A model generated the notes under the pieces. That model had not been told where the DNA came from. It searched no databases and saw only the letters and a list, made by a program, of their open reading frames with translations. From positions 1,088 through 65,087 of the forward strand of contig CAMWVR010000003.1 in assembly GCA_947177795.1 (NCBI GenBank): a stretch of DNA of 64,000 bases, given 5' to 3'. Of this stretch, positions 1 to 6,689 are shown one piece after another. The DNA is from an uncultured Clostridia bacterium (lineage in GTDB: Bacteria; Bacillota; Clostridia; Christensenellales; UBA3700). A program made the translations under genes and the position numbers. How positions within the stretch are numbered: the first letter of the stretch is position 1; each line of letters opens with the position of its first letter.

Positions 1-1
1 A

Positions 2-937
2 AACACCCCTATATTATTTGGGTTGGCTTACGTTTTGGGGGCAGCGTATGACAATATGCAATTGCCTTCTCCCATAAAATCCTATCATCAAAGTTACGCC
101 CAACAAATTTATCGATATATCAAAGAAAAGAATTTTGATTGCGTCATATGCACGCACTTGTTTTCTATGCATACGGCGACTGCTATCAAAGAAAAGTATA
201 TGCCAGATTTGCCGTGTTACGGAGTCATTACGGACTATACTGCAATTCCGTTTTATCGCGGGTCTAAACTCGACGCATATTTTGTTCCCAATACGTTGAC
301 GAGAGATATGCTTGTAAAAAAGGGTATACCTTATGAAAAAATCATATTATCGGGCATACCCGTCAATCCTAAGTTTTTGTCGGATTTGTCAAAAGAGCAG
401 GCTAGGGAAAAGCTGGGTATTCCTCTGAATAAAAAAGTAGTTGTGATCTCCGCAGGCGGAGCTGGATGCGGTAAAATTAAACAGCTTTGCAAAAGACTCA
501 GCGTCAAGGCAGACGACAGTCTAAGAATATTCGTATTTGTCGGCAAGAACGACCGTCTAAAAGAAAAGATAGAAAAGGCTTTTGGAGCAGACGAAAGAAT
601 CAAAGCTATTTCATTTACGCCGGATATTAACATGTATATAAAAAGCGCCGACGTGGCAATGACTAAACCCGGGGGATTGTCTAGTACAGAATTTGCAATA
701 TGCGGAACGCCGCTTATTTTGCTAAAAGCAATTCCCGGATGCGAGACGTATAATCAAAGATATTTCGTCAAGCGAGGTATTGCAACTTACTGTAAATCAA
801 ATCGTAAGGCAGTCGAATGCGCTTTGCGTATGCTTTCACGACAATCGCAGTTGTCTAGTTCCGTCAATATAGACGAAGACAAAGCGTTGAATCCCAATGC
901 GGCTTATGACATAGTGCATTACGTGTTAGGTAAATAA
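2..937 (+). CDS. GT28-family glycolipid synthase (MGDG-synthase/UgtP-like glycosyltransferase), 5' end lies outside the window
   Basis: The frame is open from nt 2, with no stop before the TTG at 23 chosen by the ORF track, so the gene is cut by the window edge. The C-terminal GT-B half carries VVVISAGGAGCG and TKPGGLSSTEFAICGTPLI motifs typical of MurG/MGDG-synthase-type enzymes. Confidence 0.7.
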   Translation, partial: NTPILFGLAYVLGAAYDNMQLPSPIKSYHQSYAQQIYRYIKEKNFDCVICTHLFSMHTATAIKEKYMPDLPCYGVITDYTAIPFYRGSKLDAYFVPNTLTRDMLVKKGIPYEKIILSGIPVNPKFLSDLSKEQAREKLGIPLNKKVVVISAGGAGCGKIKQLCKRLSVKADDSLRIFVFVGKNDRLKEKIEKAFGADERIKAISFTPDINMYIKSADVAMTKPGGLSSTEFAICGTPLILLKAIPGCETYNQRYFVKRGIATYCKSNRKAVECALRMLSRQSQLSSSVNIDEDKALNPNAAYDIVHYVLGK

Positions 938-955
938 AATTGAAGTCATTATAAA

Positions 956-1168
956 TTAAAATTTGGAATATTCATCATCCAAGCCTAATAAGTAGTCGGC
1001 AGAAACATTAAAAACCACTGCGATTTTCTTAATTGCGCTCGCAGTGGGCTCACATTCTCCTTTTTCCCAACGCGCTATCATTGATTGGTCGCAACTAATC
1101 ATTGCAGCGAGTTCTTTTTGCGTGTAGCCCTTTAATTTTCTTAAGTATTTAAGTCTTTCGTTAAACAT
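956..1168 (-). CDS. Small XRE/Cro-CI-type HTH regulator (70 aa)
   Basis: YTQKELAAMISCDQSMIARWEKGECEP is a canonical HTH_3 motif. It is paralogous to the 65-aa ORF just upstream. There is no SD, and the ATG lies 6 nt after a TATAAT. Confidence 0.85.
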   Translation of the reverse strand: MFNERLKYLRKLKGYTQKELAAMISCDQSMIARWEKGECEPTASAIKKIAVVFNVSADYLLGLDDEYSKF

Positions 1169-1174
1169 AAATAT

Positions 1175-1202
1175 ATTATAATTAAATAAAAATTGTTGAT
1201 AA
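1175..1202 (-). promoter_or_regulatory. Candidate sigma-70 promoter (TTATCA-16-TATAAT) placing the TSS on the ATG of the 70-aa XRE gene (leaderless)
   Basis: On the minus strand, TATAAT is at 1180-1175 and TTATCA at 1202-1197. Exactly 6 nt (1169-1174) separate the -10 from the ATG, and no purine-rich SD is present. Confidence 0.5.
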
Positions 1203-1233
1203 TATGAGTATTCTCAAAATTATTTTTTCTTTC

Positions 1234-1431
1234 TTATTCTCTTCCTAAGAGATAATCGGCGGACACTTCAAAAAAATCGGCAAGGCGAGAGATATAACTT
1301 GCCTTTGGTTCGTTGATACCGCGCTCCCAATAGTCGATGGCTTTTTGGCTCACACCGATCGCTTCTGCAAGTTTTTGTTGAGACAAGTCTCTTTCTATTC
1401 TCAATTCTTTGATGACTTCGCCTATGTTCAT
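1234..1431 (-). CDS. Small XRE/Cro-CI-type HTH regulator (65 aa)
   Basis: LSQQKLAEAIGVSQKAIDYWERGINEP is an HTH_3 motif. The C-terminal VSADYLLG is shared with the neighbouring paralog. There is no SD, and the ATG lies 6 nt after a TATAAT. Confidence 0.85.
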   Translation of the reverse strand: MNIGEVIKELRIERDLSQQKLAEAIGVSQKAIDYWERGINEPKASYISRLADFFEVSADYLLGRE

Positions 1432-1437
1432 AATACA

Positions 1438-1443
1438 ATTATA
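1438..1443 (-). promoter_or_regulatory. -10 box (TATAAT, minus strand) 6 nt upstream of the 65-aa XRE ATG; the -35 is weak
   Basis: The plus strand reads attata at 1438-1443, and the 6-nt gap 1432-1437 precedes the start codon at 1431-1429. Confidence 0.45.
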
Positions 1444-1463
1444 AAATATTTTATGCGATATGC

Positions 1464-1493
1464 TTGACGCAAGAAGATAACTTCTTGTATAAT
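1464..1493 (+). promoter_or_regulatory. Divergent sigma-70 promoter TTGACG-18-TATAAT
   Basis: TTGACG is at 1464-1469 and TATAAT at 1488-1493. The spacer consists of a perfect 7-bp inverted repeat. Confidence 0.6.
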
Positions 1494-1519
1494 AAATCCA
1501 TCAAGAAGAAAACTACTTG
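1470..1519. promoter_or_regulatory. Two candidate operator palindromes: CAAGAAG-ATAA-CTTCTTG (1470-1487) and CAAGAAG-AAAA-CTACTTG (1502-1519)
   Basis: The inverted repeats are read directly. The first fills the -35/-10 spacer and the second covers the predicted TSS, an arrangement typical of XRE/CI operators. Confidence 0.5.
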
Positions 1520-1629
1520 ATTCTATCTTTGGTCAACTCCTCCTTTGGAGTTAGTGTATACTTGTGGCGAATTTAAGGGCAAATGATTTGCTACACAGAA
1601 AGGTCGCGGATTTCTCCGTGACCTTTTTG
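1500..1629 (+). ncRNA. Candidate ~130-nt small RNA (promoter-to-terminator unit with no plausible ORF)
   Basis: It is bounded by the 1464-1493 promoter and the 1600-1629 intrinsic terminator. An internal hairpin AACTCC-TCCTTT-GGAGTT (1535-1552) exposes a CUCCUCCU tract. The only ATG gives a 12-codon frame without a good SD. Confidence 0.35.
1600..1629 (+). terminator. Rho-independent terminator
   Basis: AAGGTCGCGGA-TTTC-TCCGTGACCTT followed by TTTTT; an 11-bp stem with one G-U pair. Confidence 0.7.
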
Positions 1630-1736
1630 CATTTTTGGCGGACAAAGGATATTTATATTTGATTTAAAATACCCTTTGTTCGCCTTGGCGAGGTAAGTTA
1701 ATAACATACGCCTACGCCAACGCTCTAAAGCGGTCG

Positions 1737-1856
1737 TTACTGTTCTTTAGAAGAACAACCGCAATTAGAGCAACTCTTTGTTTGAGACTTTTTGGCGCCT
1801 GTAGTCTTACTCTTTTGAGAGTTAGAACCACTGCTTTGTTGTGAATTTCTTGCCAT
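1737..1856 (-). CDS. 39-aa basic Ser/Lys/Gln-rich peptide with a C-terminal CSNCGC motif (hypothetical; below the ORF-track size cutoff)
   Basis: Manual translation gives MARNSQQSSGSNSQKSKTTGAKKSQTKSCSNCGCSSKEQ. A strong SD (AGGAGGAG) lies 4 nt upstream of the ATG at 1856-1854, and the TAA stop is at 1739-1737. Confidence 0.45.
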   Translation of the reverse strand: MARNSQQSSGSNSQKSKTTGAKKSQTKSCSNCGCSSKEQ

Positions 1857-1961
1857 AATCTCCTCCTGTTTTTTGTAACCGTCGAGCGATTACACTAGTA
1901 TTGTGTACACTAAAGCGGAGAAGTATACGCATATAGTTTTGCCATTTTATGGCAGCATGTT

Positions 1962-3386
1962 TTACGTGTTGGCGATCCAATTTTTCATGAGCTTACTTGC
2001 GTCGGGACTAGCGTTGTCGAGACAGGCGTATAGATCGTCCGAAGTGGCGATAGCCGATTTATACGTCGTATAGTATTCTTGCAGAGCTTTGAGTAAAGTA
2101 TCTTTGCCAAGCATGTCTTGCATATACTTCCACATTATCAATGACTTGTTGTACGTGATATTGGTGTAATAATAATTGCTTGGGAATTCCGTCAGCTTTC
2201 CGCCCAACACGCCTTTTGCAGATTCTCCGACGGAGTTTTGAATATCTATAAATCTATGGAATTGAGAGTATGCGTCGGACAGCATGAGTGAAGAGTATTC
2301 TACGTTGCCTACGCTGACAAAATACAGATACGTTGCGTAACTCGTCAGTCCTTCGTCCTGCCAAGCGTCCGTCAGATTGTTGCTGCCCACTGCGCCGTAC
2401 CACCATTGATGAGCTATCTCGTGAGCTACGACTTCTTCATAAGTCGCTCCGCCTAGCGAAGCGTTGATGACGCACAGCGCGCCGTATTCCATGCCGCCTG
2501 CGACGAATGGCACGTCGGCAATTGCCAAGGTATCGTATGCGTATTTGCCAAACAATTTGCCGTATACTTCCAAAGCTTTTTGGGCGTACGCAAGCGTATC
2601 GGTCTTTTCGCCGAGATAGCTTATCTCCACACCGTCGAATTTACTTACGCTTTTGGCAAGCGAAGGCGAGAGAATTAAAGCAAAATCGCGGATATCTTTT
2701 GCGCTCGCAGTCACAATCGTTTCGCCGTTTTGCTCGCTATGTTTGCTCTTGCCGCTTGATACGTACTCCCAGCCGCTTGGAAGATTAAAAGTTACCTCGT
2801 AATTTGCTACGTCGGAGAAGTATGGGTCGCCTATAGGCGAATATTCGTCGTGATACCACTCTCCGTCAACGTATGCGCACAGCATGGGATAAAAGCCTGT
2901 CAAGGATATGCCTTTTTCATTGAATCCGTACCGTCCGTTGGTGTGCGGGAGAGTCAGCGTATATTGCATATCTACGCTGATTTTTTCGTTGACTTGAAGA
3001 GGAGCGTTTAGTGGAACGGAAAGGATATTGCTTTCAAAATCAAAGTCGTATTCTTTAATGTCTCCGTATACGCTCTTGAGGGAGAATTCGCCGTAACTTA
3101 TACCTTCGGGATAAAAATCTCCTTGTTCTTCTTGAGCGCACGGCAGTGGCTTTTGCCTGTCGAATGCGTTGGCGTATACGTTGAATTTAAGCTCTTCTAT
3201 CGGCGCGCCGTAGTTGTTGACGACGTCGACTTTTTGCGAGCATACCACGGTGTTGTCGTCGGATACGTCAAGCCAGATATTGTATGTCGTGACGGGTTGG
3301 GAAGTGTCTTTGCAAGATACGGCAAATACAAGCAAAGAGCAGACGATGATTGCAATACTTATAATAGATATAGTCTTCTTTTTCAT
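1962..3386 (-). CDS. M1-family (gluzincin) zinc aminopeptidase, lipoprotein
   Basis: It has HEIAHQWW-X-E (HExxH-X18-E) and a GGMEY exopeptidase-like motif. The N-terminal signal has a lipobox-like AVSC. Confidence 0.8.
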   Translation of the reverse strand: MKKKTISIISIAIIVCSLLVFAVSCKDTSQPVTTYNIWLDVSDDNTVVCSQKVDVVNNYGAPIEELKFNVYANAFDRQKPLPCAQEEQGDFYPEGISYGEFSLKSVYGDIKEYDFDFESNILSVPLNAPLQVNEKISVDMQYTLTLPHTNGRYGFNEKGISLTGFYPMLCAYVDGEWYHDEYSPIGDPYFSDVANYEVTFNLPSGWEYVSSGKSKHSEQNGETIVTASAKDIRDFALILSPSLAKSVSKFDGVEISYLGEKTDTLAYAQKALEVYGKLFGKYAYDTLAIADVPFVAGGMEYGALCVINASLGGATYEEVVAHEIAHQWWYGAVGSNNLTDAWQDEGLTSYATYLYFVSVGNVEYSSLMLSDAYSQFHRFIDIQNSVGESAKGVLGGKLTEFPSNYYYTNITYNKSLIMWKYMQDMLGKDTLLKALQEYYTTYKSAIATSDDLYACLDNASPDASKLMKNWIANT

Positions 3387-3435
3387 ACAAGATTTTATGT
3401 CGTATAAGTTAGGGATATGACTTAATGAAAGTTAT

Positions 3436-3482
3436 GGATTTCTCGACTACGCTCGAATTGACGATATAAAGGTCGAAATGAC
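3436..3482. repeat. Family-A hairpin repeat (REP/BIME-like), one unit plus a partial unit
   Basis: ggATTTCtcgactacgctcGAATTgac plus ggtcgaaatgac; it matches the units at 6364, 28873, 31088, 32101, 34167 and 38302. Confidence 0.75.
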
Positions 3483-3623
3483 TTTAAATTGCGATCAAGT
3501 CGAAGAATCTATTATTTAGTAGAAATCAAAAATTATTTGTAAAATCTACAATAATTGTCTCTTGACATATAATGTATAATGATATTAAAATATAATAGAA
3601 CCTAGTGCGACAGTCAACAGGTA

Positions 3624-3632
3624 TGATATAAT
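3624..3632 (+). promoter_or_regulatory. Extended -10 promoter element (TGaTATAAT) upstream of the SPFH gene
   Basis: TG is at 3624-3625 and TATAAT at 3627-3632, 27 nt before the ATG at 3659. No good -35 is present. Confidence 0.4.
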
Positions 3633-3658
3633 ATCGAAAGAAATAAAAGGAGATAAAA

Positions 3659-4810
3659 ATGGGATTTTTAAAAAATCAATTCAGAAAAGTAATTCAGTGG
3701 GAGAGCGATAACGTCAACGACATTATCTACAAGTATCCGCTGGAGAGAAAAGAAGAGATAATGCGCAAGTCTACGCTTGTCGTCAGAGAAGGACAAAAAG
3801 CTCTCTTTATTCAAGAGGGTAAGCTTGCCGACGTATTCGGACCGGGTACATATCAGCTCAACGATATCAAGAACTTCCCGTTATTGACCCAACTTTATCA
3901 TTGGAAGACTCTTTGGGAAAGTCCTTATACGGGCGACGTATACTTTATATCCACCAAGCAATTCTTGAATATGAAGTGGGGTACGTCCAATCCTATAATG
4001 ATGAGAGATCAAGACTACGGCGTCGTGAGAGTAAGAGGCTTCGGCGTATACTCTTTTGCCGTAGGCACTCCGACCAACGCTTTGAGAGAACTCATAGGCT
4101 CTATGAGCAGTTTTACGGTGCGCAACGTCGACGAGTATTTTAAGAAAATCATCACGTCTACGCTGTCCAACGTAATTGCCGAGTCTAATATCCCCGCATT
4201 GGATCTTGCGATGCATTACGACGATTTGGCTGAAATGGCAAAAGCAAAACTTGCCGACGAGTTTGAAAAAATCGGTATCGAGATCAAGTCTCTCGTGATT
4301 GAGAATTTGTCTTTGCCAGAAGAAGTGGAGAGAATGCTCGACAAGCGTACCAACGTCGGCGTAATGAAGGGCGCAATGAGAGAATATACGCAGATGGAAA
4401 GCATTGAAGCAATGAAGAGCGCAGCTAAAAACCCCGGAGGCATGAGCGGTATGGGCGTAGGCATGGGCGCAGGCTTGAGCATGGGCAAGATGTTTGTCGA
4501 CACGATGTCTTCGGTATCCAACGCTCCTCAAGAGAAACAGGTCGAAGAAAAAGTCCAATACGACGATAGTGTGGAGTGTCCAAAATGCCACGCAAGTGTG
4601 CCAAGCGCAAGCAAGTTTTGCCCCGAGTGCGGCAATAATATGACTCCGCCTAAAAAGTTGTGTCCCGCATGCGGCGTCGAAGTGGGCGAAAAGGTTAAGT
4701 TTTGTCCCGAGTGCGGAGCAAGAGTGGACGAAATAAGATGTAAAGAGTGCGGTAGGGTACTCAAGTCCGGTCAGAAGTTCTGCCCTGATTGCGGAAGTTC
4801 GGTCAAATAG
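3659..4810 (+). CDS. SPFH/Band-7 domain protein with three C-terminal zinc ribbons (COG4260 / B. subtilis YdjI-like)
   Basis: The N-terminal region is SPFH-like. The C-terminus has three CxxC-N10/11-CxxC units: CPKCHASVPSASKFCPECG, CPACGVEVGEKVKFCPECG and CKECGRVLKSGQKFCPDCG. SD aaaggag is present. Confidence 0.7.
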   Translation: MGFLKNQFRKVIQWESDNVNDIIYKYPLERKEEIMRKSTLVVREGQKALFIQEGKLADVFGPGTYQLNDIKNFPLLTQLYHWKTLWESPYTGDVYFISTKQFLNMKWGTSNPIMMRDQDYGVVRVRGFGVYSFAVGTPTNALRELIGSMSSFTVRNVDEYFKKIITSTLSNVIAESNIPALDLAMHYDDLAEMAKAKLADEFEKIGIEIKSLVIENLSLPEEVERMLDKRTNVGVMKGAMREYTQMESIEAMKSAAKNPGGMSGMGVGMGAGLSMGKMFVDTMSSVSNAPQEKQVEEKVQYDDSVECPKCHASVPSASKFCPECGNNMTPPKKLCPACGVEVGEKVKFCPECGARVDEIRCKECGRVLKSGQKFCPDCGSSVK

Positions 4811-4841
4811 TATTAAGTGAAAAAATTATAAAGGGAACCGT

Positions 4842-5930
4842 ATGCAACAAAACGATATGCAGGCTCAAGACGAGTCTTTAGAGAGTCAGATATTTAAATG
4901 TCCGGGTTGCGGAAACTTCTTATATTACGATCCGGAAAGTAAAAAGATGAAATGCGATTACTGCAATACCACTGTGGACACGCAAGAAGTGGGATTGGCG
5001 CAGGAATTGCCTTATAATGAGGGCGTTGAGCAAGGTTTTGTCAGATGGGGCGGAGTGAAGAGCGTCAAATGCAAATCTTGCGGAGCAATATCCGTCTTGC
5101 CGGATTATGAAGTGGTGTCGAGCTGTCCTTTTTGCAACGCAAGCAATATCGTAGATACGGACGAGATAGACGGACTTCAGCCCAACGGTATATTGCCGTT
5201 TAAAATTACCAAAGAGCACGTGCCAATCGTCTATGAGAATTGGCTCAAGAGCAAAAGTCTTGCGCCCAACAAACTCAAAAACGAGGCAAAGCGACAACCT
5301 GCAAGAGGCGTCTATATCCCTCTTTTCACGTTTGATGCGACGGCAGACTGCGACTATACAATAAGATACGGTCAGCATTATACCGTTACAGTAGGAAGCG
5401 GTAAGAATCGACGGACGGAGACGAGAACGAGGTGGTATACCGCAAGCGGTCACGTCAATGATTTTTTCAACGATTTGCAGGTGGAAGCAAGCAAGTCTAT
5501 TACGCAAAAAAATCTAAGAAAACTCGGAGGATTTGACACCGATAATTCTCTTGAATATCATCAGCAGTTTATCAGCGGTTACAGCGCCGAGCGCTATGAC
5601 AAAAGTTTGGACGAAAGTTGGAGCGAAGCCAAGAGCCTGATCAAGGCGTCGTTGCGTCAGCAAATCGTGTCGAGGTATCGAGCCGACGTGGTGGATTACG
5701 TAAATATGAGTTGCATATATTCCGACAAGACTTATAAATACGTGCTCGTTCCCGTATGGATATTCAATTATCATTACGCCAAAAAAACTTTTGAGTGTAT
5801 CGTCAACGGCAGATCGGGCAGAGTCGTGGGCAAATATCCCAAGTCGCCTATCAAAATCGGAGCTATCGCATTGTCGGCGCTTGCAGTCGTAGGCGTGTTG
5901 GTATGGCTTTTTGTCAAATATTTAGTTTAA
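4842..5930 (+). CDS. Double zinc-ribbon protein with a C-terminal TM anchor (YdjG-like partner of the SPFH protein)
   Basis: The zinc ribbons are CPGCGN..CDYCN and CKSCGA..CPFCN. The C-terminal helix is IKIGAIALSALAVVGVLVWLFVKYLV. It lies 31 nt downstream of the SPFH gene. Confidence 0.6.
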   Translation: MQQNDMQAQDESLESQIFKCPGCGNFLYYDPESKKMKCDYCNTTVDTQEVGLAQELPYNEGVEQGFVRWGGVKSVKCKSCGAISVLPDYEVVSSCPFCNASNIVDTDEIDGLQPNGILPFKITKEHVPIVYENWLKSKSLAPNKLKNEAKRQPARGVYIPLFTFDATADCDYTIRYGQHYTVTVGSGKNRRTETRTRWYTASGHVNDFFNDLQVEASKSITQKNLRKLGGFDTDNSLEYHQQFISGYSAERYDKSLDESWSEAKSLIKASLRQQIVSRYRADVVDYVNMSCIYSDKTYKYVLVPVWIFNYHYAKKTFECIVNGRSGRVVGKYPKSPIKIGAIALSALAVVGVLVWLFVKYLV

Positions 5931-5994
5931 AACGATAGCCAACAAGGACATAATAATATATAATATCTTTATTAAATAATTTTGGAGGCGTGTT

Positions 5995-6189
5995 ATGGCA
6001 ATAACAAAAGATATGCTTATCGCAGAAGCGTTGCAACAAGAGAATGGAGAGGCAATTGCAGAGACTCTCTTGAGCATAGGTATGCACTGTTTTGGTTGCG
6101 CAATGGCAAGAGGCGAAACTATTGAGGAAGCGGCTATGGTGCACGGCGTCGACGTGGACGAACTTGTCAAGAAGTTGAATGAGGTTTGA
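5995..6189 (+). CDS. DUF1858 / hybrid-cluster-protein-associated redox disulfide domain protein (64 aa)
   Basis: The GMHCFGCAMARGETIEEAAMVHGVD motif is characteristic of this small family. SD ggagg is present. Confidence 0.75.
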   Translation: MAITKDMLIAEALQQENGEAIAETLLSIGMHCFGCAMARGETIEEAAMVHGVDVDELVKKLNEV

Positions 6190-6213
6190 CTCTAAGATAG
6201 GCTAGGCAAATTT

Positions 6214-6294
6214 AAAATGCGTCTTTTTCGCCAATCTGGCCTTTGGCTCACGCCGACGTACAGCAAGTACGACGACGCTTGTCAAAGACAATCT
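6214..6294. repeat. Family-B dispersed repeat (copy 1 of 2 in the window)
   Basis: aaatgcgt..ttttcgccaatc..acgtacagcaagtacg..cttgtcaaagacaatct aligns with 46453-46556, with a central CGTAC-N5-GTACG palindrome. Confidence 0.6.
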
Positions 6295-6363
6295 TGACAA
6301 AAAATCCGCTATTTTACTTTTTGCCTATCTGTCTTTTCGTCAAACTATTGGTTCGAAGTCATA

Positions 6364-6432
6364 TGTCATTTCGAGCGAAGTCGAGAAATCTAAATATACA
6401 AAATAGACCCTTCGGCTACGCTCAGGGTGACA
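6364..6432. repeat. Family-A composite element: hairpin ATTTC/GAAAT, a 13-nt spacer, then hairpin ACCCT/AGGGT, with TGTCA...TGACA ends
   Basis: tgtcATTTCgagcgaagtcgaGAAATct ... agACCCTtcggctacgctcAGGGTgaca, read directly. Confidence 0.8.
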
Positions 6433-6689
6433 GAAAAGTATTGTCAGTATAACTTGTTTGAATCGAGAAGCGTTTGTCAAAATTTTAACGATTATTAATA
6501 ATCATTGCTTATATAAATGCGTCATTATAAAATTTCTGTACAAAAAATTAAAAAATTATTAAATTAAATATTTTGAGATATTTCCAAATAAAATTTAATG
6601 GTGTAAAATAAAGTAGAATATTGTTACTACTATAATTACGCGTATTAGTTTACGCGCGTGCATATTTTTATGGGAAGGAAGTGGAAGAT

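Noticed and set aside
23-25. TTG at 23 as the start of the first gene
   Set aside because: The frame is open to the window edge, and about 80 N-terminal residues expected for this glycosyltransferase family are missing. The gene is truncated by the window.
1737-1856. SCIFF or another RiPP precursor for the 39-aa Cys peptide
   Set aside because: It has only three Cys residues, whereas SCIFF has six. No radical-SAM, lanthionine, YcaO or peptidase-transporter genes are adjacent. It is kept only as a hypothetical small ORF.
956-1961. Prophage remnant or toxin-antitoxin module around the XRE pair
   Set aside because: There is no integrase, phage structural or replication gene, or recognisable toxin within 3 kb on either side. 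The flanks are a glycolipid synthase and an M1 peptidase.
3562-3596. TTGACA at 3562 as the -35 of the SPFH promoter
   Set aside because: The downstream TATAAT-like hexamers sit at spacings of 0, 7 or 23 nt, so none is compatible. Only the extended -10 at 3624-3632 is retained, and with low confidence.
6243-6452. 69-aa ORF (..MSFRAKSRNLNIQNRPFGYAQGDRK..)
   Set aside because: It is a translation of the family-B plus family-A repeats. The same peptide motifs recur wherever the repeat occurs, in any frame and orientation.
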